A stretch of 63,961 nt of DNA, filler included, from Aduncisulcus paluster (GCA_024181965.1; 15 parts of 15 records of this genome joined end to end with filler, not necessarily neighbours in it); one strand, 5' to 3'. Numbered from the whole stretch's first letter, positions 35,710 through 48,511 are shown. Notes: generated from the sequence alone by a model not told the origin. Numbers and translations are program-made.

Positions 35710-37578
35710 TATAGAACATCTGTTTCCCTTCATGCTTTCACCTTCCAGCTCTCTCTCTCTCGATTGTTCAGTGGGTTGCATGACCGGAAGAAGAAGAAGA
35801 AAGAATCTGCTATTGTGTATGATCCTTCTTCAACAACATGGTCCATTGAGGAATTGAAGGAGCATATTCCGATCATTTTATTGTTCCCACCAGGTTTGCA
35901 CCCTTTGCTGGCTTCTGTGATTGAGGAATATTTCCATAAACAAGGATTCTACACAAGACGAGGCGTGAATCTCCGAGAAAAGAAACGTGCCGCTGCCTTC
36001 CCGTCTTCAGCTTCTGGATATTCCAGTCCTTCTCTGAGTGATCTTGTGGATACGTTTTCGTCCTCTTCCCCGTGTTCTTGTCCATCATCGGCCCTCTCTT
36101 TCTCATTTGAGGATTGGAAAGGTGGTGAGTGGGTGAAGAAAGATTTCTTGAAAGAAGTATGTAATGCCATGAATGGAGATTATGCCATTGGTTACGAGAA
36201 GGATAAAGAAAAGGATTATTCAAAGGAAAGGGTTGAAACGTGGATTAAGGAGATGAGTGCCACAAGGAAACGGTGTGGAACTGAGTCTTGTTGTCCTAAA
36301 TGTGGAGGTAAAGTTTCTCAATCTGGTATTTCCTCAATGCCATCATCTGCTCCAGTTATGTCGACATCTTCCTCTTCCTCAACACGTGATGATATAGAGA
36401 TGAAGAGAGACGAAGATAAACAACGTAGAATTAGAACTCTTTTCCACCAAACACTGTGTTCTCACTGTTTTAATAAGGAACCAACACAGTACGATATCAT
36501 ATCGAGTTGTATTCTCAAAGTTAAGACTTGTACAAGCACAAATGTGACCACAAAGAAATGCAAGCAAAAAGATAAGGTCCAAATAGTTGTTGTCGATGAA
36601 GGAATCAAAGAGAGAATGACAGTCTCCACAGGTAAAAAGTCTTCTCGGAAGGAATTATCGTGTTATTCCATGTTGTGTGATGAAAAGAAGAAGAGCAAGC
36701 ACTCAAAGAGGGTAGGAAAATCTGAGTTACATGATATATTCTCTCCTTTACTCTTGAATCCAACCTCTTCTTCTTCCATCCAGCATCACATTCCACCTGC
36801 CTATTTGTCTCCTCCCTTGCTTCTTACCCCACCTGCAATGCTCTCGATTCCTCCTCTGAAGCCCTGCGTTGTTGTTGAGATCCATTCAAACACCGTAATA
36901 CCTCTCATCTCAACGTTATCCCGATTATGTGAACTCCCATGGCTGAGAGAAGCACGTGGAGATGAAGAAAAAGAAAAGAAACGGGAGAAAAAGGAGAGAG
37001 CACGTCAAGAAAGGATTGGGGAAGGAAGTCGAGGTGGTAGAGAGAAGAAACCTGTCTCTTTGGATACCAATGGAAGAGGTTATGTTCCATCAATGCTTAT
37101 CTCTGAGGTTATCAAGAGTTGTTCAGATGTATCAGTCTTTGGGAAAGCCTCAAAACGATCAAACCTTCCCTGCCCATCGACTAAAACTGACTATTCATGT
37201 CGTTGCAGGGCTCCTTCAACTCCTTCTGGATCTGGTGGCTTCTTCCCGATCGACTCTCTGGCTGATAATTCTATCGGTTCCGATCCCTTGACGCCCGTGC
37301 ATTCTTCTCTGTTGCCCGTGTTTATTTCGCCCATGTCCCCTCCCTTCGTGTCTGCAAAGAGCAGTGATGCGAAGACCAAGGTGTATATTCCTCCTTCCGA
37401 CGTGATTGCTTCGTCTTTGTTCTTCAACGTGCACTGTTTCTCTGGTGGGTGGGAGAAGGAGATTGGGCGAGACGCGAGTATGGTGTACAAGCAACTGAAG
37501 AAAGGGAGGAAAGTTGGATGGAGGGATGTGAGTGAGTGTGTGATGGAATGTCTGCATAAATGTGTCTCAAAGAAGTGA
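35710..37578 (+). CDS. Hypothetical protein, 5'-partial, with CxxC..CxxC and basic/Ser-rich segments
   Basis: Open from the contig start (~620 codons), with CPKC..CSHC. Confidence 0.7.
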   Translation, partial: YRTSVSLHAFTFQLSLSRLFSGLHDRKKKKKESAIVYDPSSTTWSIEELKEHIPIILLFPPGLHPLLASVIEEYFHKQGFYTRRGVNLREKKRAAAFPSSASGYSSPSLSDLVDTFSSSSPCSCPSSALSFSFEDWKGGEWVKKDFLKEVCNAMNGDYAIGYEKDKEKDYSKERVETWIKEMSATRKRCGTESCCPKCGGKVSQSGISSMPSSAPVMSTSSSSSTRDDIEMKRDEDKQRRIRTLFHQTLCSHCFNKEPTQYDIISSCILKVKTCTSTNVTTKKCKQKDKVQIVVVDEGIKERMTVSTGKKSSRKELSCYSMLCDEKKKSKHSKRVGKSELHDIFSPLLLNPTSSSSIQHHIPPAYLSPPLLLTPPAMLSIPPLKPCVVVEIHSNTVIPLISTLSRLCELPWLREARGDEEKEKKREKKERARQERIGEGSRGGREKKPVSLDTNGRGYVPSMLISEVIKSCSDVSVFGKASKRSNLPCPSTKTDYSCRCRAPSTPSGSGGFFPIDSLADNSIGSDPLTPVHSSLLPVFISPMSPPFVSAKSSDAKTKVYIPPSDVIASSLFFNVHCFSGGWEKEIGRDASMVYKQLKKGRKVGWRDVSECVMECLHKCVSKK

Positions 37579-38009
37579 GTGTGATTTACTCGTATAATAG
37601 AATGGAATGATGATGTCACTGATATCCGACATTGTATCTGGATATCTTGATGTTTGGATGCATTATATAATATAATATATTCACAACACATAGATCTATC
37701 AAACAATCCTGGGATATATCTTGTTGCCAGCAATATTCAAAAGAAAGGGTGGGACAATATATAGAATATATACAGATACATACATACATATCATGATAGG
37801 ATGTGCAGTGTTCTAATAAAGTGTTAAGACTGATCTGTGGAATGACGAACTCATGGACATTAAGATATCTTATGATAAACTGCAGGAATGGTTGGAGGCT
37901 TACCGGGGGNNNNNNNNNNNNNNNNNNNNNNNNNNNNNNNNNNNNNNNNNNNNTTAATTAATTAANNNNNNNNNNNNNNNNNNNNNNNNNNNNNNNNNNN
38001 NNNNNNNNN

Positions 38010-40946
38010 AACAGCACCGATCTCTTCCTCCTCCTCTTCTTCTTTTCTTTCAGATATATTCATTTTCTCTTCTTCACTCCAATTCAGAGGACTTGGCCGA
38101 GGAATTGGTTCTGGTAGAGCAAATCTAAAAATAGGTATCTCAATAGATCCTAAAATAGAACCATGAACCGGGCTAATCGAAGTAGAACTATGAATAGTCT
38201 TCACAATATCACACAATGACATCGAATATGAAGCATCCTGAGTGTGTATGGATTCTCCACAATCGCAGATATCCTCATCAAATGCACTCACAGATCTTAA
38301 AACACCACGTATACCATCAATACAACGTGAGACACTCCGATTTCCATCATCATTTTCCTCATTTTCACTTAACTCTTTAAGATTCAACTCTTCTTCCTCG
38401 TTCAGTTGATCGTTAGAGTATTTAGAGTTACAATCACCAGAGATTTGACCAGATTCAGCCTCAGTTTTGCTGTGACGCCTGCCATCTTCTGTCTTCAAAT
38501 CACTCATGCCATCATCAGAAGAGGCAGATAGAGTAGTAGAACTCACAGAGGGAACACTAGTGGCCGTGGATATTTGTTCATAGCCACCAGTAACATGATT
38601 ATCGATCTCTTCTTCTTGATTCTGATCAAGGTCACATTCCTCGTCTTTTGTACCTTGCCCTTCCTTAACAACAATAGCTTCTGACTGCTCATCTATTTTT
38701 AGTTGCTGAGAAGGTATTAAATGTTGTTTTGGTTCCCCAGAATCACCATGCCCACTCTTGACATCTTTATGTTGGTGTGTTGAGTGAGACTGTCCTGATG
38801 TGATCGAAGAATCAGAATCTGCTATTATGGTTCTATTTTTAGAATCGGAGCCAGCCTTTTCCATCGTCCAGCGCATGACAGACACGACAACTTCAAGCAT
38901 TCCTCTCCTTACTGCCTCAGCAAGAAGCATACACCCAGTTCGGCCCCTTCCAACACGCTCATCTCCATCAGGAGTCGGGATAAGAAGGGGAGAAAAAGCA
39001 AGAGGGATGCAATGATCGGGTGTACATGAACCTGATTGCTGTTCTGTGTTGGCGTTAATATTATCTGACGAAAGTGTTGAGTTTGAGATTGAAGAAGTGG
39101 TGGAAGTTGGTGCAACATTTCGAATGGATCCCATCTTTCCAATATCACAGCTTCGAACATAATGCTGTTCGTTTGACTCATTCGCTATTATTTCATGAGA
39201 ATGAGAAGAAAGCACCCCAGGCTCCATCTCTTGTTTCACTTCATGTTCCTCCTTGTCAACAATATTTCCTTGGCCAGGATTCCCTGATGAACAATGATGA
39301 TCGAAGCCAATCGAATACGCAGGGCAACATCCAAAGAAAGGAAGGAAATTGGCGTGTAGCGTGAGAGATGGAGAGAGGAAGGAAGGCGGCGTCGAGACAG
39401 GAAGATGGTGCAATAAAGTATACAAAGAAGTCAACGAAGATTGAAGAGTGGCAGATAGGTTCTGTTGGGAAGGAACAGATACGCTTCTGTCAAGAAGGGC
39501 GAAATCTGAGTATCTGAAGAAAGAAGCATATTGTTTTTGTCGAATTCTATATGTGTTGATGCATGCAGAAAGAGAAGATGCATTGGAATGACTAGGATAT
39601 GCAGATATTGCGGAAGAGATAGACGACGTTGCACTTCCTCTTCCTCTCCCTCTTCCTCTTCCTCTCCCTCTCCCTCGTCCTCTCCCTCGTCCTCTCTGAT
39701 GTGCATGGATCATCATTGCTGTAACAGACCTTTGATATTCGCTACTTTCACTGACATTTGAGTCGGATACATATCCTCCGGTCAACCATAGCTGGGACAT
39801 GCCTTGACATCCTGAACATGGGGCATGGGAGGAAGAGTTTGAGGCAGACGTAGCAAACATTTTCATCTCAGGATCAGCATTTGCACCATGTTTAGAAGCC
39901 AAATCGTGGTGCAAAGAAGAGCTGTCAAGGCGACACGAGGCTGCCCATGTCTGCTGTGCCATCAAAAGCCTCGAAGTCTCTTTCAATGGCAAAGGAACGT
40001 TGAAAGGTTTATAAGTAAAGCATTTGGTGAATTGAAGGCGTTGTTTCTCACTTTCAGTGAGTGAAAGCGAATCAGTTGTCGCACCGGTCATATATGTAGC
40101 TAAATTTGGAGCTATTTGAGGAACAGAACCGACAACCCATGAATTAGAAGTCGGATTAAGGGTAAAATCGGTGTCTTGAAAATGACACACATCATCAGGG
40201 AAGAAATTTGGAGACGTGGGATATATTGGAGTTGAATTATGTTTAGGTTTGACTGAATATCCGCTATTTAACAATGATGAAGAGGAAGAAGAGGAAGAAG
40301 AGGAAGAGAAGGATAATCGTATTCTTGGGACCATTCTTCTCTTCTCTCTTTCTCTTTTCACACATGTTGGAACAAATGTTTTTTCTCGTCTTAATTTGTC
40401 AAACAAATCAATAGAAAAGAATGGCAAAGGGTTATCCAATAATAAATTCGATTGTCTCGCCTCGTGATGTGATCCATCCATATCCACACTCGATGATTCG
40501 GAAATAGATTCTTTTGGGGTGTCAACACAAATCATCCAACCAAGAGCGGCACAAAGAGGATACAGAGCTGGTTTGAGACAACAATTTGTGCATGGAAGGA
40601 TAATTGGACTATTTGGAGCAACAAAATCAAGAGTCATGATTTCAAGATGGAGTGAACAGTCAACGTATACTTCTTTCACATAGGCGTTGACAAGGTCAGG
40701 ATTCATCGAGTATAATATGAATCTTGCGTGAGACCCAAAAGATCTGGCATCAACAACAATCTCTTTTGGAGGGTAATATAACAAATACCGATAGCTTTGA
40801 AGGGTGAGAAGGAGAGACGAATCAATGATCCAATCAAGGGAAGATGGCGACGAGTCTTCACCCCATCTATTTTTAGAACAATCTTGAGAAGGAGGCGGTA
40901 ACCCCCATTTCTTCCGAACTGAGCCATCCCCACCCCATTTTCCTCC
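38010..40946 (-). CDS. Hypothetical low-complexity protein (partial at both ends) with an (RG)n tract
   Basis: Open frame across essentially the whole contig. Confidence 0.7.
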
Positions 40947-41046
40947 NNNNNNNNNNNNNNNNNNNNNNNNNNNNNNNNNNNNNNNNNNNNTTAATTAATT
41001 AANNNNNNNNNNNNNNNNNNNNNNNNNNNNNNNNNNNNNNNNNNNN

Positions 41047-43009
41047 GCTCGTCAATTTCAATCATGTCTTGAGCATCGGTGATCATGTCTTGAGCATCAG
41101 CATACCTTTCATCGTCATCTTCTTGTTCCTCTCTTCCCTCTTCAACTACAGCTCTGTTTTCCTCTTCCTCTTCCTCTTCCTCTTCATCGTTGTAAATAAA
41201 GCATCCACTCCTGCTGAGATCTTCCAGCTGTTTGTCCTCAGCGAAGACACATGGGCTGACATTCTCTTTAACCATGAGCATGGCATTCATGGAGTCTGCA
41301 TCGTCAACAGGGCATGAGAGGACATGTGAAGAGTGGAAATAATCATCGGGATCACCATCTACCATCTGTTCTTCATCGCCAAAGTCCATTCCATCGAGAT
41401 CTTGGTCAACAGCATTATCCTGATCGTTGGTTTCAGAGAGATACTTGTCAAGGAGTTGTTGAGCTTCTACGAGAGCAATCTGATCAGACTCGCGAAGACC
41501 AAACATGTCAATAGACTCAAGAAGGGCTTCAGTCTCAATGTCAATGTCATCCGTGCCTTCTTCCCTTGCCTTCTTCTTCATTTCTCTCTTAGCCTGAGCC
41601 TTGGCCGCCCAGATCATGCATTGATATCCATATATACGTCTTCTTATCTCCCCAATGTACTTGGATGGAGCAGCTTTGATACTCTGAATATGAGTGCACA
41701 AAACAGCGCCACCACTTGTAGAGAGAGATGAGAGAGAGGAGGAGAGGTCATTCTGGGATCCAGTGAGGGCAGAGTGGTTGAATGGAGATGCACTGCGATC
41801 CCTTGGCTTCTCAGCAGTCTCGCCTTGTTCCCCGGCTTCCTCTTCTTCCTCTTCTTCCTCTCCAACAACTTCATCTTCTTCTCCACCCAAACGCATGAGC
41901 ATATCAATGTACCCTTCCCACCCCTTGGGAACAAACCACTGGGTGAACCAATGACACAGGCGAGGATGCTGAGCAAGTAACTCAATACCAGTGAGAATGT
42001 ACATGTGTGTGGACATATTGGTGGTCACATATGAATCGAACAGAGAGATCAAGGAATCGTAGGTTGGGGCAGGGAGGGTGTGGGAACATGAGTCATAGAA
42101 GGAGGACAACAGAACGTTAGAAGACTCATCGGTATCACCAACTTCTTCCTCATCATCTCCTTCTTCAGCTTCTTCATCTTCAACAGTCTCATCTTGTTCT
42201 CCAACTTCTTCCTCAACCTCTCCTTCTTCAACTTCTTCATCTTCAGCGGCATTGTCTTGTTCTCTGGCTTCCTCTTCATCCTCTTCTTCATCTTCAGCGG
42301 CATTGTCTTGATCTCTGGCTTCTTCTTCATTCTCTTCTTCTTTCCCAACGGATTGAGAAACGTCTTCTTGTTTGGAGGAAGAAGGAATATTGGGAGATGG
42401 AGGAGCCTTAATTACCTTAACTTCTTTGGAGGCCAAAGCATTGGAAACATTCTGTTTTTCTTCTTTATCGCTTGGTTTAGGCTGTGACTGGACAGAAGCA
42501 GGAATACTTTTTTCCTGAGCCATTTGTTGTTGTTTACGAAGATTCTCTTCTTCTCGTTGCATTTCTTCAGCCAATTTCATGACAAATTTCTCAACAACCT
42601 GTGTAATTTGAGTAAAAGTATCTGAAATACCTTTAATTACTGCAGAAGTATTAATAGCTCTTTTCTTAAGATCTTCTAGAATCTTGTTGAGGAAAGTTTC
42701 AGTCTTTAAATCTTCAAGACCAACTTCAAGTTGTACAGAAGCGAGGAGAGTCAACCTCTCCTCGCTTCTTTGTTCCAGACCAAGCAAATGGGCATAATGC
42801 TCATTTGCCCGGTCTGAAACCATTTTGATTGACACCAATACTTTTTCGAGGCTGGAGGCCTGTTGAAGAGGGTCCTTGAGAAGTTCCTGAGTGATATCAC
42901 TCAGGAACTTCTCAAGGACCCCCGTCATGGCCCTCAAAGAGTCAGACTCCTTGAGGGCCGCCTCCAGGGCTTTGATAAAAGCCTCTTGTTCGATTTTTAG
43001 TTCTTCCAT
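41047..43009 (-). CDS. Acidic coiled-coil protein with EEA(R/G)EQD repeats, 3'-truncated
   Basis: ATG at 43009, 654 codons, with internal tandem repeats near 42120-42335. Confidence 0.75.
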
Positions 43010-43209
43010 TTCGAGAAAAAGAGCAAAATGATTCTGTGACCGCCATCCCGTTAATAATAATCACAATCTCTTCATATTAAATAAAGTATCTTATATTTAC
43101 TTCCGACAAATGCTATGAATTTTCGAAATTATCTTCTATGACAAGGTTTTAAAACAAATTTCCATTCCTGGGTATAGAAATGATTCAATTTTAATAAAAA
43201 TGATAATAA

Positions 43210-44657
43210 TCATTATTTAATCTTTTTTAACAAATAAAATCATAAATATTAGTAAAAATCATGCTTTATCCAAAACTTCAGATCAATCAAGCTAATTTTT
43301 TGACTCGGGGGGGTTTATTCAATTGTGATTAGCATATTCTAATAAAGATTTATGGTGTTCGTATTGTTCCAAATCACCCAATGCGGAATAAAGTATATAT
43401 TAGGAAAGTTTGTGACGGGTCATTAGGGTGGGACACACACACACACACAATCAAGCTAATTTTGTTGCAATATATAATTTTTTTTAAAGTGATTCCCACC
43501 AAATGAATTGTTGCTGATCGTTGATAACTGAAATATCGTATTCCAAACAACGAATTCCGATGTTTTATATGTTTTCTTGGGATGAGTTCTTTAGCAATGA
43601 GTATATGAATATAAAACACGATAAAAGATCGAATTTCGTGTCAAAAAACATCTTGTGGAGCAAATGGCATGGTTTTATTGATTTGATTCCTCTCTTTATA
43701 CTGTGTCATACATAACATCTTCTTTGTACACCCTCTTAAGAATATTTTCCCCGATATTTCTGGAATATCATGATAAAAACGGGGCTTACAGTCATTGCAA
43801 CTCGATGCCCATGCCATTATTATCTCTACTGCTTGTTATTGTGTGTCAATGATATATGTTTGATTCCCGAACCTTTTGATACCTTATTGTTCTTTTTATT
43901 GTCATAAAACTGAACTCAAACGTTTGATATTTACTGTACTACTCCCTAAAATACTGCACAAACTAAAATCTCAACTCTGGGTCTGTCCGTTGCTCCTGGT
44001 TTCCACCCATTGTCTCTGAAAATAATTGAGAAAATGACAACTGTCCCTCGCTTTACTCATTTGAATCTCGAATAACACATCAATAACATCAATTACATCA
44101 ATGCTGTTCCCCCAATCTGTGTGTCACATCATCTTATTCTTGGATGGTGATTCTCGATTCCTTTGTTTTGCCGAATCCAAGCTTTTCTCTTCTCTCTCTG
44201 AATCATAAGAAGAGAACTAGAACTGGGTCTGGTCCTATGAAGTCTATTCTTTTTATTCTTCACTTCACCAATCTCCTATCTATCTATGAGTAAATTTCCC
44301 CCCTTTTACCCCCATCCGTGGGGGTCCCCCCTGTACGGTGGTTGCACTGTACATTTCTTTATTATATTTTTTTCCCAAAAAAACAAAAACAACAAAAAAA
44401 AATACAAACTTTCCACCGGCGGTGGCTGAGAAATGTGGGGCGTTCTATATCAAAAAATATCTAATATTTATGTACTTTTTTCATTCTTTCTTATAAATAT
44501 AGTTATCTAGTTTATGATATTGATGCTATGTTCTGTATTTCTGTGCCCAGGTGATCTGATGTAGTCGTGCACGAATAAGACATATTTTAAGAATAATATT
44601 ATAATTTTCATAATATATTTGTTAAATAATTTTATTTATATCTATATTTATTCTTGC
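43210..44657. mobile_element. Dispersed non-coding repeat element, copy A (homologous to 55460-56670)
   Basis: Shared blocks include AAAGTGATTCCCACCAAA, TGTGGAGCAAATGGCATG, CTTAAGAATATTTTCCCCGATATT and TCTCTACTGCTTGTTATTGTGTGTCAATGATAT, plus a near-identical core at ~44100-44440. Boundaries are approximate. Confidence 0.8.
43300..43447 (+). mobile_element. 148-bp insertion with a (CA)n tail and a 16-bp target-site duplication (SINE or truncated-LINE-like)
   Basis: CAATCAAGCTAATTTT at 43284-43299 and 43448-43463. The insert ends GGGTGGG(AC)n and is absent from copy B. Confidence 0.75.
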
Positions 44658-44807
44658 CTTCATGATTTAATACTATTAAAGCTTAGTAAGCTGTTTTATT
44701 GAACAAGTGTTTTTTGGCCAATAATAACATAAGCAGCCCTTTATATTCGAATTTTCTTTAGTTATCATTATTTTTTGGTTTTATAAACTGCCATTTTTTT
44801 ATTCAAT

Positions 44808-45517
44808 ATGTCATCTTCAACCACTATGCCACGAAAGAGCTAAAAATCGATGCTCAATTTGAAAGCGGTAATATTGGGAGTGTTTCCAGAGCTGGAGAAA
44901 GTGTATATGATATATGTGTTCGATCAGATACCTCTAATGACCCCCCTAAATTGTGGTTCTATTTTTGAGTAACGAATGTAATGATAACCCAGCCTTACCT
45001 ATTAAATATTATAAAATTTTCAAAAGTTAAAACATTAATGAGACTTGGCCTCACACCTCTTATTCGTTGTTCATCCCGTCCGACCTGGGAACGAATCCCA
45101 AGTTCACAAGTTTTTTTATTATAGCTCCACCCATTCACAAAGACACGACATCTAATCCAATTGTTTCCCTATTAATTAAATTTGATGATCTTACCCCGTG
45201 ACGAGTATTTCTTTGCATTGTGTTTCCCATATACTTATACGATGCTACAGCGATTCTTGACTCGTCTTGAGAGCGTTTCTCTCCCCCACTTGTCTCGATC
45301 AACACTCTGTCTATCTGTCATGAAGCGAAAGGTTGATCTCCTGACAATCACAGACCCCTCAACCCCTATATCCATGCGTAAGAGTATTGTCTATATCAGT
45401 GGTAGAGTTCATCCTGGAGAGACTCCTTCCTCGTTTGTTGTCCATGGATTCCTTGATTTTATTCTCTCGGCGCTTCCACAAGCACAGCTCCTGCGGAAAC
45501 GATGCATATTCAAAGTT
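44808..45517 (+). pseudogene. AGBL4: Cytosolic carboxypeptidase 6 (AGBL4-like tubulin deglutamylase, M14D), disrupted and truncated
   Basis: IDAQFESGN..YDICVRSDT..LWFYF*V..FSKVKTL..SSRPTWERIP..FALCFPYTY..GRVHPGETPSSFVVHG. It has frameshifts near 44835, 45115 and 45150-45195, and TGA at 44966. Homology is lost where PMLNPDG is expected. Confidence 0.85.
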
Positions 45518-45695
45518 TTGATTCCAAGAAGTTCCCATTTATGTGTTGTTTCAACAAAAACTGTTAATTCTATCGGCAAGAAATACAAATCTATTNNNNN
45601 NNNNNNNNNNNNNNNNNNNNNNNNNNNNNNNNNNNNNNNTTAATTAATTAANNNNNNNNNNNNNNNNNNNNNNNNNNNNNNNNNNNNNNNNNNNN

Positions 45696-48511
45696 ATAGA
45701 TCTCCTCAATCATCCTGAACATCCTAGAGGAACCACTTAGAGGAGAGGGGGTGGAAACTTTTCCTTTTAATGGGGATGACTTCAAAGAAACACGAGTTGG
45801 ATTCGATGTCACGGGTTCTTCTTTGCCTTGTGGAATAGAAACTCCTGTTCTGTTCCTGGGAGTCGTTTGTTGGGAAGATCTTGGGGAGGGATATGAATCA
45901 TATTTTCGAGATATTCCAAAGCCAAGATTATCACCCATCTTGTCCAAAATGTGGAGAAAATCCTTTTCGGATGGGTCTTTCAGAACTGGATCTCCGGAAG
46001 TCCTTTTCATTGCCACTTTTGATGGATCGGGACGTGGAATTTGGGTTGATTTTGAAGAAGAATATTGATATTGATATTCATCCTGAGTGTTTTCCTTCCT
46101 ATCTTTTTGAGGGCTTGAATGGGATTCACTGTAATCATAAACATAAGAATACTCACCTTCTCTTGGTTTAGATCTCAAGGAAGAATCGTCATCGTCACTC
46201 TCAGAGGATGAGATATCATCCAGAGTAGAACAAGAGGCCTGAGTGGCAGTATCCTTCTCTGCACCATTCCCAACAACAGAGTCATCATCCATCACACTGT
46301 CACCATAGTCAATCACACGCTCTTCTCCAGTGAGGACAGAATCAGAGGAATCATTTCGTTGACCATATCTATATCTGGTACGAAGACGGGAGGGACCATA
46401 TGATACACCCCCAGCTAATGAAGCAATGGTTCGTCGTAATCCTTGCTGAACATCGAGAAACTTCTTTTTTTCTTCCCATATTGAACGATTTTCACTTATA
46501 AACCTTTGCAATTCATTATTATACTGCTCTTGAGTGAGATAGCATTCATTCCCTTCCTCATCCAAATAAAACAACACCTCAAGTCCCCTTTCAATGCGAA
46601 CTTTGACAGAGTCGAGTGGGAATGATGGTTGTTTAATCTTGTGCTGAGGAGGATTGATTGTTCCATGGATATGAGAATGGTGGTGCCTGGAATGCTGGTT
46701 GCGCTTTAATGGATTCTCGACCCCGATATCAGCATCTCTTTTTGTTGGGGCGACAGCTTTTTTCCCAATAATTTCCTTCTCTTTGGGTATTTTGACTTCA
46801 ACATCCTTCAGGAGTTTTGTGCAAATAACTTCTCGTAGAACATCCATCTGAGAGAATAGACGATTATACGAATAGAATGCAACATTATCTGTCCATTTTT
46901 GTTGGACAATGGAAGAGGAACCATGGACCGATCTTTTGTTACGACCTTCTCCCAGTTCCTCCTGCATTATATGATCACCTATATGACTTTTCTTTTCATC
47001 TTTCGTTGGAATACATTGAAGAATCTTTGAAGATTTCTTCCCGTGGCCACGAATTGTTGAGGCAAGAATGGGCATCATCAAAGGTGGCATGACAAATGAA
47101 GAAATTGTTCTAGAAAGCAAGAAACATGAAGAAGATGAAAAAGGAGACTTGCATTCGGGGAAAGTAAACTTAATGTGAGTATCATCATGTGAATCCTTTG
47201 TTTCATCCTGAGAAGAATGAAGCCTATCAGACTGGGCGACCATTCCTTGGGGAGATGGTTCTTGATGTTTTGACATCAACTTAGAACCACCTTGACGAAA
47301 CATATCTCGTTCTTTTTGCCACTCTTTGGCACGTTTTAGTTCTTGTTTCATTAAGAATTGTGGCTTTGATACATTTCGTTTCACAACACAGAGGACGGGA
47401 GTTCCAATATCAATAACATTCTTTTCTTTCTTTTTCTCGCCTCGTTTGATGGCTTTTCTTCCAGTTCCTCCTGCATTATATGATCACCTATATGACTTTT
47501 CTTTTCATCTTTCGTTGGAATACATTGAAGAATCTTTGAAGATTTCTTCCCGTGGCCACGAATTGTTGAGGCAAGAATGGGCATCATCAAAGGTGGCATG
47601 ACAAATGAAGAAATTGTTCTAGAAAGCAAGAAACATGAAGAAGATGAAAAAGGAGACTTGCATTCGGGGAAAGTAAACTTAATGTGAGTATCATCATGTG
47701 AATCCTTTGTTTCATCCTGAGAAGAATGAAGCCTATCAGACTGGGCGACCATTCCTTGGGGAGATGGTTCTTGATGTTTTGACATCAACTTAGAACCACC
47801 TTGACGAAACATATCTCGTTCTTTTTGCCACTCTTTGGCACGTTTTAGTTCTTGTTTCATTAAGAATTGTGGCTTTGATACATTTCGTTTCACAACACAG
47901 AGGACGGGAGTTCCAATATCAATAACATTCTTTTCTTTCTTTTTCTCGCCTCGTTTGATGGCTTTTCTTTGGATATGTTCGTATTCAAGGAGACCAGTCA
48001 CCATGGGAAGAGAATTGGGAGGGAATGATGGAGTTGGCAATTGGTCATCAACAAGTTCATGATAATAATCAGCTACACGAGTAAATTTAACTTGTATTAC
48101 TTTCTTATCGCACGATGAAACCTCACCATACACTATTGAATCTCGAGAAAAAGCGTGAGGCTGATAACTTTCTGGATTAATTTGATATGCTAATTTAGAT
48201 GGATATTTCTGCAATATACCATTGATTATAGAAGATCTTACAGATCCAATTAATGATTCGGGGTCTTTTTTAACTTGTAAGATACAGCAGTACAATACCT
48301 GTCCTTCCTTAACAATTTTACGTAAGGGAGGCAAACTAACAGAGTTACCACCAATTTGTTTGTCAATTAACGATGTTTTGTAGGAAAAGTAATCACTAAT
48401 TTCACTTCTAGAAACGAAAACAATTGTAGGGCCTGGAATAATCACTTCGATAAATTGGTTATGTATGTTATGTACTATACATAGGTAAATTTGTCCAGGT
48501 TTATATATCAT
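45696..48511 (-). CDS. S1-domain protein (RRP5/PDCD11-like N-terminus), interrupted by a 509-bp tandem duplication, 3'-partial
   Basis: PGQIYLCIVHNI..VFVSRSEISD..LRKIVKEGQVLYCCILQV..SVRSSIIN and a second S1-like unit (IVYGEVSS..IDIGTPVLCVV). ORFs 47381-48511 and 45648-47384 join if one duplicate is removed. Confidence 0.6.
46952..47969. repeat. 509-bp head-to-tail tandem duplication (46952-47460 / 47461-47969)
   Basis: Apparently identical copies. The length is not divisible by 3, so it causes a frameshift. Confidence 0.9.

Noticed and set aside
44298..44312. U5 snRNA loop 1 (CCTTTTAC)
   Set aside because: It lacks the GCC context and closing stem, and there is no U5 architecture.
44966..44968. 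TGA as selenocysteine or readthrough in CCP6
   Set aside because: It is accompanied by several frameshifts and a truncation. CGA>TGA decay is simpler.
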